64,000 nucleotides of DNA from Parasitella parasitica NRRL 2501 (GCA_025201805.1 MU619269.1:154851-218850), one strand, 5' to 3'. Positions 13,740-26,942 are shown, counted from the stretch's first letter. Notes: a model not told the origin generated them from the letters alone. Numbers and translations: made by a program.

Positions 13740-14650
13740 CTAGTAGGGCGAATAATAACCACCTCTTCCGCGACTAGTAGTGTGAAATTGGGTGAGTATT
13801 TAAACGAAACCCAAGATTTTTTCAACTTACCCTCTTCCACGGTAACCATACATGGGAGAATGACCATAATAGCCCATACCACCACCACCGCCACGGTATC
13901 CACCACGACCACGGCCTCTACCACGTGCAGAAAATCCAGGAACATTTGTACGTTTTGGTTTAACACTTAATAAACGTGAGCGGAATAGACTTTCATTAAG
14001 GGCAACAGCAGCATTGACGAAGCTAGGCTCTGCAAACTCAACATATGCAAATCTAGTGGCTGTGTAAGAATAACAGGTGACTACATTTCAATTAGATGGA
14101 TAACATACCCTTTGGGATGACCAGTGAATTTGTCGCAAAGAATCGTAACTCTGTTGATGGTACCGCAAGATTGGAAATGAGCTTGGAGTTCTTCAGGAGA
14201 GGCTCCATAATCAACCTGTTTAAACGATCAATTGTCTGTTGACATATTGATTTTTTCAGTATTTATCCTTACATTTCCAACATAAACAGAACGAGAATCT
14301 ACCGCTTCCTTGTCTAGATGCAAGCATATATTAGACTCAATAACCTCCAATGCAATTTGCTGATTACATACCTTCTTCGGGAGCAAGTTGCTGCTCAACC
14401 TCGGCTTGCATATCACGCAACTTGGCTGCTTCAGCCTCCATTTCCTTCACTCTTTGCTTCATAGCCTCCAACTCCTACACCGTGTGGTTTAGAAGAAATC
14501 GCCAAACAATTGTACAAACAATTTTTTTTTTACCTTGTCAACTTCAGTGTTGTCTTCAGTAGATTCGTTGTGCTCCTCAGTAGTGGGCTTTGTAGCTTCA
14601 AGGCTTTCTAACTCCTTGAGCTCGTCAGCTTCCGTATGATGTTCACTCAT
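13740..14650 (-). CDS. PABPN1: Nuclear poly(A)-binding protein PABPN1/Pab2 (6 exons)
   Basis: [20 protein letters not shown] coiled coil; [54 protein letters not shown]; KRTNVPG; RGG tail ending YSPY*. Confidence 0.93.
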
Positions 14651-14815
14651 TTTTGCAGAATGTATATAAGAAAAGAGAAAAAAAAAAAAAATTTAGACGC
14701 GCTCCATTTCAGCATTTGATAAACAGTGTTGGACTTGTTATTCTACGTCACTTTGACATGAACATGTGTGCCGTGCAAGAGAGACATGGTGTTGGAGTAA
14801 GCATGTGCCTTTTAT

Positions 14816-16017
14816 TTATAGTTTGGATACAGTTTGCTTGGATAAGGCCAATTTCTGCTTGTATAAGTTCTCGACTTCTTGCCAAACAGGAGATTGATCT
14901 CGAATCCTTAAAGCCATCATTGTTGGCAGTAGATCATGGGAGAACATGTCGGAACTTTCTCTCGGTAAAAGTGTAGGAAGATGATCAATGGAAATGACAT
15001 CTAGCGGTCTAGGGTTACTAGTCTCAACCGGGACAGTAGGCTTATCAAATGTCGTGTTTATGCTATATACGGGGATAGGGTTATTGGGGTTGGTTGTGTC
15101 GCAACTTACATCGCATATGACAGATAACCTTCTACCTTGGCCGTCAATCATTTGCTGTGTGATAAAAGAAGGGATCTTTTTGTTCAAATAAATGCAATTG
15201 ACAAAGATGTCAGAGGAAATAATCTCGGGAAATGGCCCTCCATGCTTAGTTTCCTGCATATCCCATTTGACGATGTTTTCATCGGGAATACCTGCCTTGC
15301 GAGCAAAGTCAACGGCGCCAGAGCCACAACGTCCTAAAGCACCCATGACCATCAATGTAGGATATCGATTATTATTCAAGAGGATAGCAGTAGAAAGTCT
15401 CTTTTTAATATAATCTATCAAAGCCTTTTCATTAAGGAAGGGCTTCAATGCACCAAAAGTCTCCTTGGGGTTTGTCTGTTGGTGACACCAAACGTCCAGA
15501 CTGACAGCTGCACCAGCAAAGCCAGCCATATAGCCAAAGGCAGCAACACGACGACCCTGCTTGTCATTTAAAAACTCCAAGTCCAGGATTGTGCCCTTTC
15601 CTGCATCAAAACGACTCAATAGTTCTTTCCAGCCACTTTGGTTCTTGAAACAATGAGCAAAAAAAATATGTGTGTGATGCAATGGAGAATCGTCATTCTC
15701 GGGAAGCTCTTTCAATCCAACAATGTAAGCATCGGGAGGAGCTTTGGTTTTCCAGCTTTGAAAAGGCACAATGGTACAGCCGATACTGAAATAAATTGAG
15801 TATATCTCGAGAGATAATAAAAAAAAAACTCGGCTAAAACTCACTCTCCATATTCCTTGTCATCAAAAATACGCTGTGTGGATTGTTCAACAGTAACTCG
15901 GAAACCTGCGTCAAGAAGCTTTTTTGCATTGACAGGAGTTAATGCCGCACGGTATTCCATAGGTTTGGTCTCTGCACGAAGCCAGAGATGTGGACAGCTT
16001 GCATTAGTACTAGACAT
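14816..16017 (-). CDS. LYS1: Saccharopine dehydrogenase (NAD+, L-lysine-forming)
   Basis: HLWLRAETKPMEYRAALTP; HIFFAHCFKNQSGW; RRVAAFG; GALGRCGSGA; DVSCDTTNPNNPIPVY; IDHLPTLLPRESS; one intron near 15790-15845. Confidence 0.96.
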
Positions 16018-17840
16018 TTGTAAGAGGGAAAAGAGAAAAATTGATGCTCAAGTCTTTTCTCACTTCCCAGATGAAACCGTACCAAGATTTGGTCCCGGAG
16101 GAGCATTAGTTTTTGTTCGTTCGACACTGAGCCAATTACATTCTATGTGAGGTCAAGATGAAGATGGATAGATAGATAAAAGATATTCTCCTTTATCAAT
16201 ATCAAAGATTTAGCTACAAAGCATCACTGAAAGAGATAAATACAAACTTTCTTACAAAGTCATGTTTGCTACCAACTACTGCTGAAATTCGAATGGGCCT
16301 TGAGTCAGCATTGTTGGTTTGCATGAACAAAAATTGTCAGCGTTTTTAGTATACAACTATGATTTAAAGAGGTGAAATCAGTACTATAATTTGAAAATTT
16401 TGTTCAGCTAATTGAATGGAGGTATCCCAAGGCCCTCAAACCCCTTTCTACTAATTCACGCTGCTGTATTTACAGAAAGAAGTGTATCATTGAGGTTCTG
16501 GACGATCATGTAGTTTACAGGGAGCAATATGCCTCAAGTTTGCCAAAATTCTTGAATGTCATTTTTAAGGTATATTTGGAGGCGTCCTTTCTCAAATCCA
16601 AAATCCCAGTTCCGTGCTTTAGTCATAGCAAAGACTATATTAGTCTTTTTGAAAGTTTACGATAAGGCCCCAACTGCACTAGATGGATATATATATTAAA
16701 AAGACTAACGGACAAAGTAATTACCATTAGCAAAGGCATATAGGAGACATGGTAGTGATTAATTTAAGCAGTGAAAAACGTCCCTATAAATGAGTTTTCT
16801 TCTCAAACTTATGAAGCGTTAATTCCCGGAATTCAACAAGAGACAGGAACGAGAGTGTCCTGAATGTCCAGTTTGTTTCACATGCCAGCTACCTACAACC
16901 AGCTGCTAAAATGATGGTGTTTGAGGGCCGAGTGGAGCTGCGTGAGCTGGTTGGCTTGACTGGTCCTGTCTTGTCTGTTCCTGTGTCTTCTTCTGCTGGT
17001 TCTTCTGTTGCTGGTGGCAGCATGTTCTTGGTTCCGGGTGGTTTGCGGACAGTGCGCATGTCCAGCAGGATGGGGTAATTGGGCTGGTTGCAGCAGGCAA
17101 AGATAAATAAGGATTTATTTCAACTTCTTGGGGATGAGATTGTGGGCAGCCGCTTTGCGGATCACTAAACAATACAAACAGGCTACAAGTGAAGGAAGGA
17201 AAGGATTGTGTCTGTGACCCTGGGTAAATAGAATATATATATAAAATCTATCAAAAGGGTGATGGGACAGCATGTATAGATTCTATTTAGATGGAGAGGC
17301 GTCAACTGCAATGCTTGCAGATATATCGTGTTAATCTTTCAAAGGAGCAAGCGCAGCCTGCATCTAGTCAGCCATTGGACTAAAATCTTTGCATGCCTGG
17401 TGTGCCATTACCAGTAAGGTCCGTATCGAATTGAAGGATATATGACCTGTAAACAATGACATTAGATATGCCCTAGATAAACAATCCGCATGTATCATTA
17501 TCGTGTGTAAGCGAATACAAGCGAACAAGTATGAAGGCATGAGCGAAGCGAGCCAATAAATCTTAAAAGGCAGATCTAATTTCTGGAAAGACGATAGGTC
17601 TCTGTATATATCTACTATGTATCTTTATCAAACGCAAACCGTGGCAAACAAAGATGCTCTATTAACTGGAAACAAAAATAGCAATGTCCTGCATGTAATG
17701 CCTTTATAAAGAATTACCCAATAACCAATGTGATTTTTGGATTGTATGCGTGGCATGTACACAGAAGATGCAGGCTCAGGGTTAAAAGTTACTGATAGCC
17801 GGGAAATCTATTTGTCAATTTCAAGTGTTTATTCGAAAGA

Positions 17841-17841
<1 letters not shown>

Positions 17842-17899
<58 letters not shown>
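17842..17899. repeat. Poly(dA) homopolymer, about 58 nt
   Basis: Uninterrupted A run about 50 nt past the Nudix stop codon. Confidence 0.9.
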
Positions 17900-17901
<2 letters not shown>

Positions 17902-17948
17902 GGTATCGTATTAAGCACAGGATGACTATATATACATATAGGCTTTAC

Positions 17949-18671
17949 TCAAGCAGTAATAGCTGTCTTCTCCATCAACTCTTGTAAAGCTTGGAAGGCA
18001 TCATTTGAAATTTTACTTTCTAGGATTGATGGAGATTCAATGGTTGAAATCAATTTTTTGGGGGTCGAAGGAGTAAATGAAGGAAGACTTTTCTTGGGTG
18101 TTGCTTCTAATTTCGGGGCATGTTGATTCATCCCTCCATCTAATGAGGGGCGGCGAGGCAACGGACTAATGCTTGAAAGGCGAATGGCTTCTTGAATGTA
18201 TGGATTATTGGCTGTAGCTAACAAGGCTTCTTCATATGTAAACCAGCGACGATCACGTCTCTTGCGTTCAGGATACTTTTTTACAATTTCGTCAATTTCC
18301 ATTTCAAAAATCCAATGATGGGCTTTGATCTTTCTGTTCGCACGCTCTACGAAGACACCCAGCTGGTGAGTAATATGGCCTTTGATGCCAGCTTCTTCCC
18401 AAGTCTCTCTGAGAGCTGCTTGTTCTTGAGTCTCGTCAGTCTCCCAACCACCTTTTGGAATAACCCAAGCTTCGGGATTCTTGCTAGAGGAAACCAAAAT
18501 AAATCTTTTTGAAGCAGGATCAATTGGTAGACATCCAGCAACCTGCCTAATGTCATGAGCATCTGTTACGTCTTTACCATGGCCATGCCTGGCTTTTTTT
18601 GTATATTCCACAGTAGTTGTGCTAGCAGACTTGTCCTCAGGGGGAGGCGTACACAGAGATCTTGGGGACAT
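17949..18671 (-). CDS. Nudix hydrolase, diphosphoinositol-polyphosphate phosphohydrolase (Ddp1/Aps1/DIPP) type
   Basis: RQVAGCLP...LVSSSK...WVIPKGGWETDETQEQAALRETWEEAG (Nudix box), PER..RDRRWF; intronless. Confidence 0.88.
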   Translation of the reverse strand: MSPRSLCTPPPEDKSASTTTVEYTKKARHGHGKDVTDAHDIRQVAGCLPIDPASKRFILVSSSKNPEAWVIPKGGWETDETQEQAALRETWEEAGIKGHITHQLGVFVERANRKIKAHHWIFEMEIDEIVKKYPERKRRDRRWFTYEEALLATANNPYIQEAIRLSSISPLPRRPSLDGGMNQHAPKLEATPKKSLPSFTPSTPKKLISTIESPSILESKISNDAFQALQELMEKTAITA

Positions 18672-19931
18672 TTCACAAGGAAAGAGGAAGAAAGAAAAAC
18701 TAAAAATACCCTTCCGAGATACTATTTATATACAGAGCAAACCTTTGGTGAATGAATATTCTGCGGTGATTACACTTTTCGCCTTTAGTTAGCGTCATGG
18801 CTTCCATAAATAGCCTTTTTCGCCTGGTTTCCAAGCTCTCTTTTGGTTTATATACAAGTGAGGTACATATATAAAGCATGAATACTTGCGCTGATAACCT
18901 TACACCATGTGAGAGATATGGGCTCTACAACAGCAAACGACAAAGCACACCGGAAGACTTGTATAGATTATGAGGTAATTGAAAGCCCCGTGAAGATGTT
19001 TTTGTCATGAAATTCTTTGTCAGATTAAAATACAAACATATAAAATTACTTTGAAGAAACAAAAATCGTTATTCGCATAATATCTTAACGTAATCAAATA
19101 ATAACAGCTGAGCAGAGTTGCAAAATTTGATATACAAGTTGTACCAGTAAAAGATCATGCACTCATTTTCCTCCAGATGTTGTAGACACATGATACTCTC
19201 CGGTCTCTTTTGCTGTCGGCATAGTCAATAAAACGAAGGTCATGTCAGATACCTTTTTATTTACAACAATCAAGATCATAACTTTGATATGTAATCACTA
19301 TCAAGTATCATTTATACCTTTCCTTTAGCCCAAAGGCGTATTATTCATCAGTTACATTTCTGTATAGTGCTTCTGAAATAGCTCCAGTTATCAAAAGAGT
19401 TTTTCTGAGAACTAAGGATAAAATTAGCTTTCAGTATGAATGCCTTTTGGTAGATTCGACATATTGCAGTTTCCCATAGAAGTAACATGAAGTTGGCTAA
19501 ATTACTACTTGAGTGCCTATGTATTTTGCTCAACATAATACTACTGACTATCCATTCAATCGAGACATGCATTTACCGACACTCTCTTTTTTTCACTAAA
19601 TTGGCTTTTCCACACATCGCAAAACAAATGTTGGTACAAAGAGGAAGATAGCTTTCTGGGCATCAAGTGCTATTTAACTATACCTTCACTATTTAAATCC
19701 TCTCTCTCTTGTCCCACACATAGCATCGCCTTCTTCACCTGAAAGGGGTTAAAACATAAGATGCCCAAAACAACTACAGACACTACGACAATTGCAAATG
19801 TAATTGATCATGCTTTTTTAATAAGATAAAAAAAAAAGCCTATTTTTTAAACAAAAATACGAAAAATCAGGTGAAAAATGACAGATAAAAATCTCTTTTT
19901 CTTTTTTCGATTCGATTTTCTTCTTGTTGGT

Positions 19932-20679
19932 TTACTTGAGAGGAACAAACTTGGAAGAACTGGTGGCACCAATACCGGGACGACCGTGCTTGACAGGCTT
20001 GTAAGAGATGGAGAATTCAGCGAGATAGTGACCAGTCATCTCAGGCTTGATTTCAACTTGGGTGAAGGTCTTACCGTTGTAGACACCAACAATAGAGCCA
20101 ATCATCTCAGGGACGATAATCATGTTACGGAGGTGAGTCTTGACAACCTCAGGCTTCTCGCCAGCGGGGGCGTTCTTCTTGGCAGCACGGAGCTTCTTGA
20201 TGAGACCCATAGGCTTACGCTTAAGACCACGTTGAAATCTTCTGCGAGCACGGCAGTGAACGAGCTCCATGAACTGATTCAAAACACCTTAGTCTGTGAT
20301 TTCGCGTATCCATGGTGTTTGACGAGCTTACCTGTTCAGAAGACAAGTCCAAGAGTTGGTCAAGGTCGATACCACGGTAGGTAAACTTACGGAAAGTTCT
20401 CTTTCTAGGAGTAGTTTGCTCGTCAGCCTAAGTAAATTGTATTAATGACTTGCTCTCTATCAAATCAAGACTGAAGGCATTGATGGGCAAAGGTTAAATG
20501 AAATCTCCAATTGCAGGCGTATGTGTGTATGTGTGTGAATATGTCATGGATCGAAATGCGGTGTATACGATATTATCATTCAATGATGGCGGGTTGAATT
20601 CTTTCATCCATCCATTTAACACTTTGTATCATCTACCCCGTCTATCCACTGCAAGTTTTTATGATGGATACAATACCAT
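19932..20679 (-). CDS. RPS15: 40S ribosomal protein S15 (uS19)
   Basis: [20 protein letters not shown]...[25 protein letters not shown]...[21 protein letters not shown]-only first coding exon at 20677-20679 after a pyrimidine leader (alternative ATG|GT at 20744). Confidence 0.95.
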
Positions 20680-21285
20680 AATGAGGAAAAAAGGGGAGAT
20701 CACTAGATTACGAGTTTACAGAACCCATATAATCCCCTCACCATTTCACCACCCTGATGCAGTTGATCCAATGAATTACACTGTCCGTTCCGAACAAATT
20801 ATTGCCCGTGCTGAACAAGATATCGCCCAATCAGCTTAGATTACTAAGTAAGGCAATACATTTGGTCAAGATGAAGAGTACATGTTGTGAAAAGACGTTA
20901 AATAAAACACTGGAGTGCGTCTCCCTTAGAAAAAAAAAAGTATATTTTGTGATTAAATGTATTAAAATCATCTTAATAAAAGAATTTGTGTTTGAAGTGA
21001 GTAAGGGAGGAGTCTCGGATAGCGTACCCACTCAGTAAAAGTAAGAAAATAAAGTGAAAAAATACAGCAATCTCAACTTTCAAGCACCCTTTTGAGCATC
21101 AGATGTAGAAACAGTATGATAAAGACATAATATTGTTGCTGCCGTTAATTGCCAGTGAATGCTTTCTGTTCCGAAAAAAAAAACTATATTATTTATAATT
21201 AGTTTGGTACAAATTGGGAGTACCCGCCAAAACTGTAAAAAGTACAATATTCCACTGTCTTTACTCAAACGTGTCAAAATGATAA

Positions 21286-21440
21286 GTACCTCTCTTGTAG
21301 GTTTTCAGGAATATTACATTTCTTAGACTTAAAATGTGGTTTTTTTTGAGTGACAGGTTACATATTTCGTTCATGTGCTTATAAATGGCTGATTTTGTTA
21401 AGCTAAAAATCCTCAAAGGATTTAGTTAAACTTTCACCTT
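21286..21440 (-). pseudogene. Tc1/mariner (IS630-like) transposase relic, downstream part
   Basis: Reads GESLTKSFEDF.LTKSAIYKHMNEICNLSLKK...NIPENLQERY with frameshifts; continues the fragment at 23683-24104. Confidence 0.7.
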
Positions 21441-23682
21441 CAGTCTTTTTCTGAAAACGTCATAGTATTTGTGATAATATATATTAGGTTTTCTGATAAC
21501 AGACCTTTTATTTCTGATAAAAGTTGAGAAGTTTCTGAGAAAAGAGAAATGTCTTCCAAGATTATTTCAAGTAGGGACTAGTAGTATTATATACAATCAC
21601 ATTTTTAGATTTCTATATTAGATTACAAATGCCATTGTGCAGGAGCAATAGGTATTTTCAAATGAATCACTATTTAGGTTTTTTATCACAACCTTAATCC
21701 TAACCTCAATGTTACTTCCTATTTTACATGTTTAGCATTAGAATTACAAAAAAAGGATTTCTTGAACTGGCATTAAGCATTATTACGAGCAACAATGGTA
21801 ATAGGGCTTCTCTGTCTCTAGCAATTAGCAATTTGTGAATTATTCACAAATAACAAGGGGTTATTTCAGCAAAGTATTCTTTAATTATCCTCTTCTTCTT
21901 TAAACTCGATGGGCCACACCTGTTTCATCATGTTACTATGAAGAAAGTATACTTGTTGCATCAAAAATACTTACTTTATAGGGCTTTGTCATCTACTAAA
22001 ATTGAAGTTGACGTGATACTATCTCCAGATAGATATTTTTTACAGCTTAAAAGCAAAAACTTTAGCTTCACGTGCCATATTTTGATTAATTTTCATAATC
22101 AAAAGTGCCCTGAAAACACAAAAGATAGTATCCATTGATAAAAAACTATATTATATATGATTTTGGTGTAATTTGAGCATGATTTTTTTTTCGATGCTAA
22201 ATGACGGATTTTTTCGATTTTTTCCTTGTGTCTACACATCAAAAATTGTCGATTATGTATTATTCGCGGTTTTGACCTCAAAAATGCGACTTTTTACTAT
22301 AGCATATATTGGAGGAAAATGATCATAAAAGACCATTTCTTGATCTGAAAGACTGAAAATGCGTTCTGATTAAGCAAAACATTGACATTTCCCTCTTGAA
22401 CTGATTTAAGGTTTTCTCAACAGAACTACTTTTATAAGCATTCAGGAATGATGAAATGATACCATCGTGTAAAGTGCCCAAAAATACAGCTATTATCATA
22501 GATTGACACCAGTGGTATGCATAGTATCAGAAGATGATATCTTGCCTCAAAGGAGTAATTTTGATTTCGAATTGTCCAAATGGAGATTCTGAAAGAATTT
22601 TCTCTTCCTAATTTTGGACGCGTTTAATCTCCGCTATTAAAGAAAAATGGTGCTTTTTTGAAGAAAGCATAAGCTTTGAGAAGCCATAGCTTACCCAATT
22701 CAAGAGAAAACAATTAAAGCTTTAGTTATTTAAATTATGTGCTTCTCGGCTTTCTAATGGTAGTATTTGCATGTCTGTGCATGGCTTGGAAATCTCACGC
22801 TTCGATTTTTAAAAATACTTTGCCGAAAAAAAGTCAGAAAAGTCGTTACCTTCATCTGTTGTCAACTTGAAACGTACAAAAACATGCAAATATGTAAATC
22901 AAAAGGTGCCTTATTGTCTAATAAATTGCTTTAAATTACTTGTTTTTGTGTCTGAAATCGCTAAACATTGTTTTCTTACAGTTTTTGTCTCTTTTCTTAC
23001 AATAGAACACTGAAGTTCGCGTAGACCAAAAAAAAAAAATAGGCGCCTGATATCTACGCTGGCTTTACAAAGACACACACTTTTGAACCGTTCCAATATA
23101 ATTATGGAAAAGATGGCACAGGTTTGGCTATCTGTTCTATTGTCTAACTAGATATAGAGAACCCAGTTTGGTACTTGTCTGACAAGACCTTCTACACTAG
23201 AAGACGCCAGATCATAACTGAAGGTACAAGAAAAAGCCAGAGAAAGGAAACAATCTGCCATCAGGATAACACACCCATTCATAAAAAATTCATCGGTATA
23301 AAAATTTATGAAATCCAAGGACATAAACGTATTTATCTTTAACCTTGTTCTTCGTTTCTGAATCCAATTAAAGTTTTTTGATCCAAAGTCAACAGATACA
23401 CTTACACTCAGAATCACAGATGCTTGTCAATAAACAACCATAACCTTTTTTAAAGACTACCTTGAACCTAAATATATGATGTAGATAGCTTATTTGATAA
23501 AACACTTTTTTTGTATTTTCACTATGAATAAAACAAAGCTTTTACTCTCTTCTCTCAGAAACTTTTTAGCTTTTATCAGATACTAAAGGTGTTTTACCAG
23601 AAATCCCTAATATATATTATCACAATCACCATGTCCTTTATCATTAACTTGAACTTTTTCTTCAGAAACTGCAAAATGACAG
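21441..23682. mobile_element. About 2.2-kb non-autonomous TIR DNA transposon nested in a Tc1 relic
   Basis: Imperfect inverted repeats 21461-21546 and 23547-23633 (GTGATAATATATATTAGG...TCTGATAAAAG...AAGTTTCTGAGA), extending to CAGTC/GACAG termini; TA at 23683-23684; decayed interior. Confidence 0.75.
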
Positions 23683-24104
23683 TACATCATAAACAATAGC
23701 CCCTGGATCGTCATCAACGAGGTCCAATACGTGAGCTTTGTGTTTCTCTGTAAAATTGTTTGGGCGTCCTGGATTTCTGGTTGATTTTTTGATCAGCACT
23801 TCGCCAGTCTCTTTGTAGCTTCTTCACCAACGCTGAGCAATTCGTTCTTTGATACCTAATTCTCTCCCGACCACAGCGGCATACCTCTGTTCCCACAGGT
23901 AATTTGATCATACGATCGATGAACGTCGCCCTCTGATTAATGCTATAGTCAGCATTTGTCCTCTTTGAGGTAACTCTCACTGGATTTGAGGTAGTTGACG
24001 TTTTGTTTTCAATTGGTTGCTTTTCCCATGGCCTTTTTCTTCATATAAGAAGAAGGATTAACCAAAGTTTCGAGAACAATATTAAGATCATCAATAGTTG
24101 ACAT
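23683..24104 (-). pseudogene. Tc1/mariner transposase relic, N-terminal HTH part
   Basis: YSINQRATFIDRMI...AAVVGRELGIKERIAQRW*RSYKETGEV...GRPNNFTEKHKAHVLDLVDDDPGAIVYDV, with a stop and frameshifts. Confidence 0.7.
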
Positions 24105-24449
24105 GGCGTCTTCTATAAGATTATATATTAATTGATTGTTTTTATTATAAATGTTGTTTTGTCCATCTTCATGAATCCTTCATCACGTAAGGCTACAATA
24201 GACACATTTTATTCCTATGGGCAAGGAAAACGTATCTCTGATTGGGCAAAATTATGTTCGGTCAGGACAACATAATTTATTGGATCAACTGAATACCATA
24301 ATGGAATTAACTCGAATCCACTGCAAGGAATCCGACCCGGTCCTACATCCTTCATCCGGAACTTCAATGAACGAAAGCCTCTTTTTTTTTTGTTATAGAA
24401 TTTTTTCTCTTTTCTTGTTTAACGACACCCTCCCATCAACATCGACAGA

Positions 24450-25562
24450 ATGAGACCTATTTTGCTCCAAGGGCATACTAGAGCTTTGACTCAAATTAAA
24501 TACAACCGAGAAGGTGATTTACTTTTCTCTGTCTCCAAAGATAAAGTCGCAAATGTTTGGTACTCTCATAACGGTGAGCGTCTCGGCACATATGCTGGCC
24601 ATCTTGGTTCCGTTTGGGCCATTGATGTAAATGGTAAGTCTAAAAGTTTTGCCTTTGAAATATGTGCATGTTGAATTTACATGCTTCTTTGTAGCCAACT
24701 CGTCACTACTCGTCACTGGCTCTGCTGATAATACCTGTAAGTTATGGGAAGTTCAAACAGGTCGCTGTCTGAAGACATGGGAGTTCAAGACTGCTGTCAA
24801 GCGCGTTGAGTTCAGTCAGGATAATACCATGGTTCTGTGTGTCACTGAGGAACGTATGGGTTTCTCTGGTACTGTAACCGTTTACCCTGTCAACAGCGAT
24901 ATCAATGGCACTCGTAAGTTTTACCGATGAAGCGATAAAGTAAGGATTGACTTAACAAGGTGATGGTGTTGATTTTAGAGTCGGATATTCCTGTTGTTAC
25001 CATCACCAATAATGGAGGTTCCAAAGCCGTCGTTGCTGGCTGGACATGCTTAGATAAGTACATCATTACTGGCCATGAAGACGGCACCATCTGTCAGTGG
25101 GATTGGAAGGCAAATGAGAAGGTCAAGTCTATTCATTCTCATGAGAGTGTTTTATCCGACATGCAATTCAGCCCTGATCGCACATATTTCATCACCTCTT
25201 CCAAGGATAAGACGGCAAAGATCTTTGATTCATTCACCTTGGACGTCAAGAAATCATATTCTACTGACACACCTCTCAATTCAGCTGCTCTAACTCCTAA
25301 ACACCAGGAGTTTGTTGTTTTAGGTGGTGGTCAGGATGCCATGAATGTCACAACTACCTCTGCTAGACAAGGTAAATTCGAAAGTAGATTCTATCACAAG
25401 ATTCTTGAAGAGGAAGTCGGTCGTGTTCGAGGCCATTTCGGTCCTATCAATACCATTGCTGTCCACCCTGAGGGTACGAGTTATTCAAGTGGTGGTGAAG
25501 ATGGTTACGTCCGTGTCCATCATTTTGATCCTGATTACTTTACCTTTAAGCTCGAAATTTAA
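24450..25562 (+). CDS. TIF34: Translation initiation factor eIF3 subunit I (3 exons)
   Basis: [27 protein letters not shown]...NGERLGTY...[12 protein letters not shown]...GHFGPINT...[13 protein letters not shown]. Confidence 0.97.
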
Positions 25563-25628
25563 GTACATTTTATATATACATAGTAGAATAAACCGAATAA
25601 GCTCATAAAAAGTATAATAATTTATTAA

Positions 25629-26657
25629 TTATGGATGAGAAGACTCAATCGTCTGTCTCGTAATGGATATATCCTTCTGTTTGTTCAACTGATCTATGAC
25701 AGCTCGTGTGAGCGAAGAATTTGCTCGGCCATGAGCTCGCAGTATCCGCTGCTGCGGCGCTGCTGTAGTAATTTGTGTTGAAACGTATGTATCCTCTTCC
25801 TCTTTTGATTTTTGCGGCTCTTCTGTATCGACCGTTGGTCTTGTAATATAGGTAACGGGCGGTGGTGGAGGGAAAGTACGATTAGGCTGATTAAAGTGCA
25901 CAGCTGCCCACGTAGGATGCTGTCGCTCGATTTCCATCAGTGTGTTTTCTAGAATTTTGATCCTCTCGAATACGGAGAACGATGGCCTTGCAGCAGGATT
26001 CAGCTTTACATTAAGGTGTTCTTCTATATTATTGAGTCTTTCTTCTGTATCTGCTGCAACTGCCATTTCTGCTGGATCGTCGGCTTTAGGCTTGTTGTTG
26101 AAAGCTAGCAAGGATCTCGCAATAGGGCCATCTTCGTTATTTACAATGTCAAACTTCATTTGAATATTGCGATTAATCTCTCTAGCGTCTGTCCTTGCAC
26201 ATGTAACATCATCAGCCTTAGGGTCATGTCTGCTCAAAAACTCAGTTCTATTGCTTTCGTCTAATTCATTTTGCTTTGCTTGGATAAATGTGTTGATTCT
26301 TTGCTCAACTTCTTGGGTGGTTGCTCTGATTTGGATTTGCTCTCCATCAAACCGCTTTACTCTCTCCTTTTCGTCTTCTTCTTGATCGTCATCGGAGCGT
26401 TTTCTCTTGGAGACAATCAAATTATCGTGTGCTTTATCGGGTTTGCCAACGACTTCTTCTCTAGCATCTACGTGTCTCTCGAGGGAAATTAAAAGCCTTT
26501 CTACTAGTGTTTCTATTTCCCCAGGCAATTTCTCTAATTGGCTCCGTGAGAGCACAACCAATTCTGATTCTAAGCATTCGCTGGTCTCTACAAGCCCTAT
26601 ATTTTTGAAGAAATGCGATATTTCTCTGTCCCAGGATAATGGCGCCTCAGTTGACAT
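25629..26657 (-). CDS. MBIP (MAP3K12-binding inhibitory protein)-like protein
   Basis: QIRATTQEVEQRINTFIQAKQNELDESNRTEF...CARTDA...EERLNNIEEHL...FERIKILENTLMEIE mirrors my recollection of the MBIP conserved C-terminal region; LisH-like N-terminus. Confidence 0.75.
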   Translation of the reverse strand: MSTEAPLSWDREISHFFKNIGLVETSECLESELVVLSRSQLEKLPGEIETLVERLLISLERHVDAREEVVGKPDKAHDNLIVSKRKRSDDDQEEDEKERVKRFDGEQIQIRATTQEVEQRINTFIQAKQNELDESNRTEFLSRHDPKADDVTCARTDAREINRNIQMKFDIVNNEDGPIARSLLAFNNKPKADDPAEMAVAADTEERLNNIEEHLNVKLNPAARPSFSVFERIKILENTLMEIERQHPTWAAVHFNQPNRTFPPPPPVTYITRPTVDTEEPQKSKEEEDTYVSTQITTAAPQQRILRAHGRANSSLTRAVIDQLNKQKDISITRQTIESSHP

Positions 26658-26942
26658 GGCAGAAAACAAGTTGCGAAGCTAGATCATTCTCCTTTCAACG
26701 ATAAAGAAGCTGTGAAAAAGAAAATTAAGCGTCACAGCAATCATGGATGTATGTAGAAGTAGCTGATATCTATGAAAAAAAAACATGCATCATATCAAAT
26801 AAAAAAGTATACAGTTATATGTCATTATTCAATGACATAATATCGTCAAGGAAACCGACTTTGATCAGGACACAGACTTGTGAAAATCCTTCAAGCTGTA
26901 GATGTCTTGGCAAGTCTGGTATTTTCAAAGCTCGCGCATAAA

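Noticed and set aside
20428-20676. snoRNA in the long RPS15 intron
   Set aside because: No convincing C/D or H/ACA boxes found on the sense strand.
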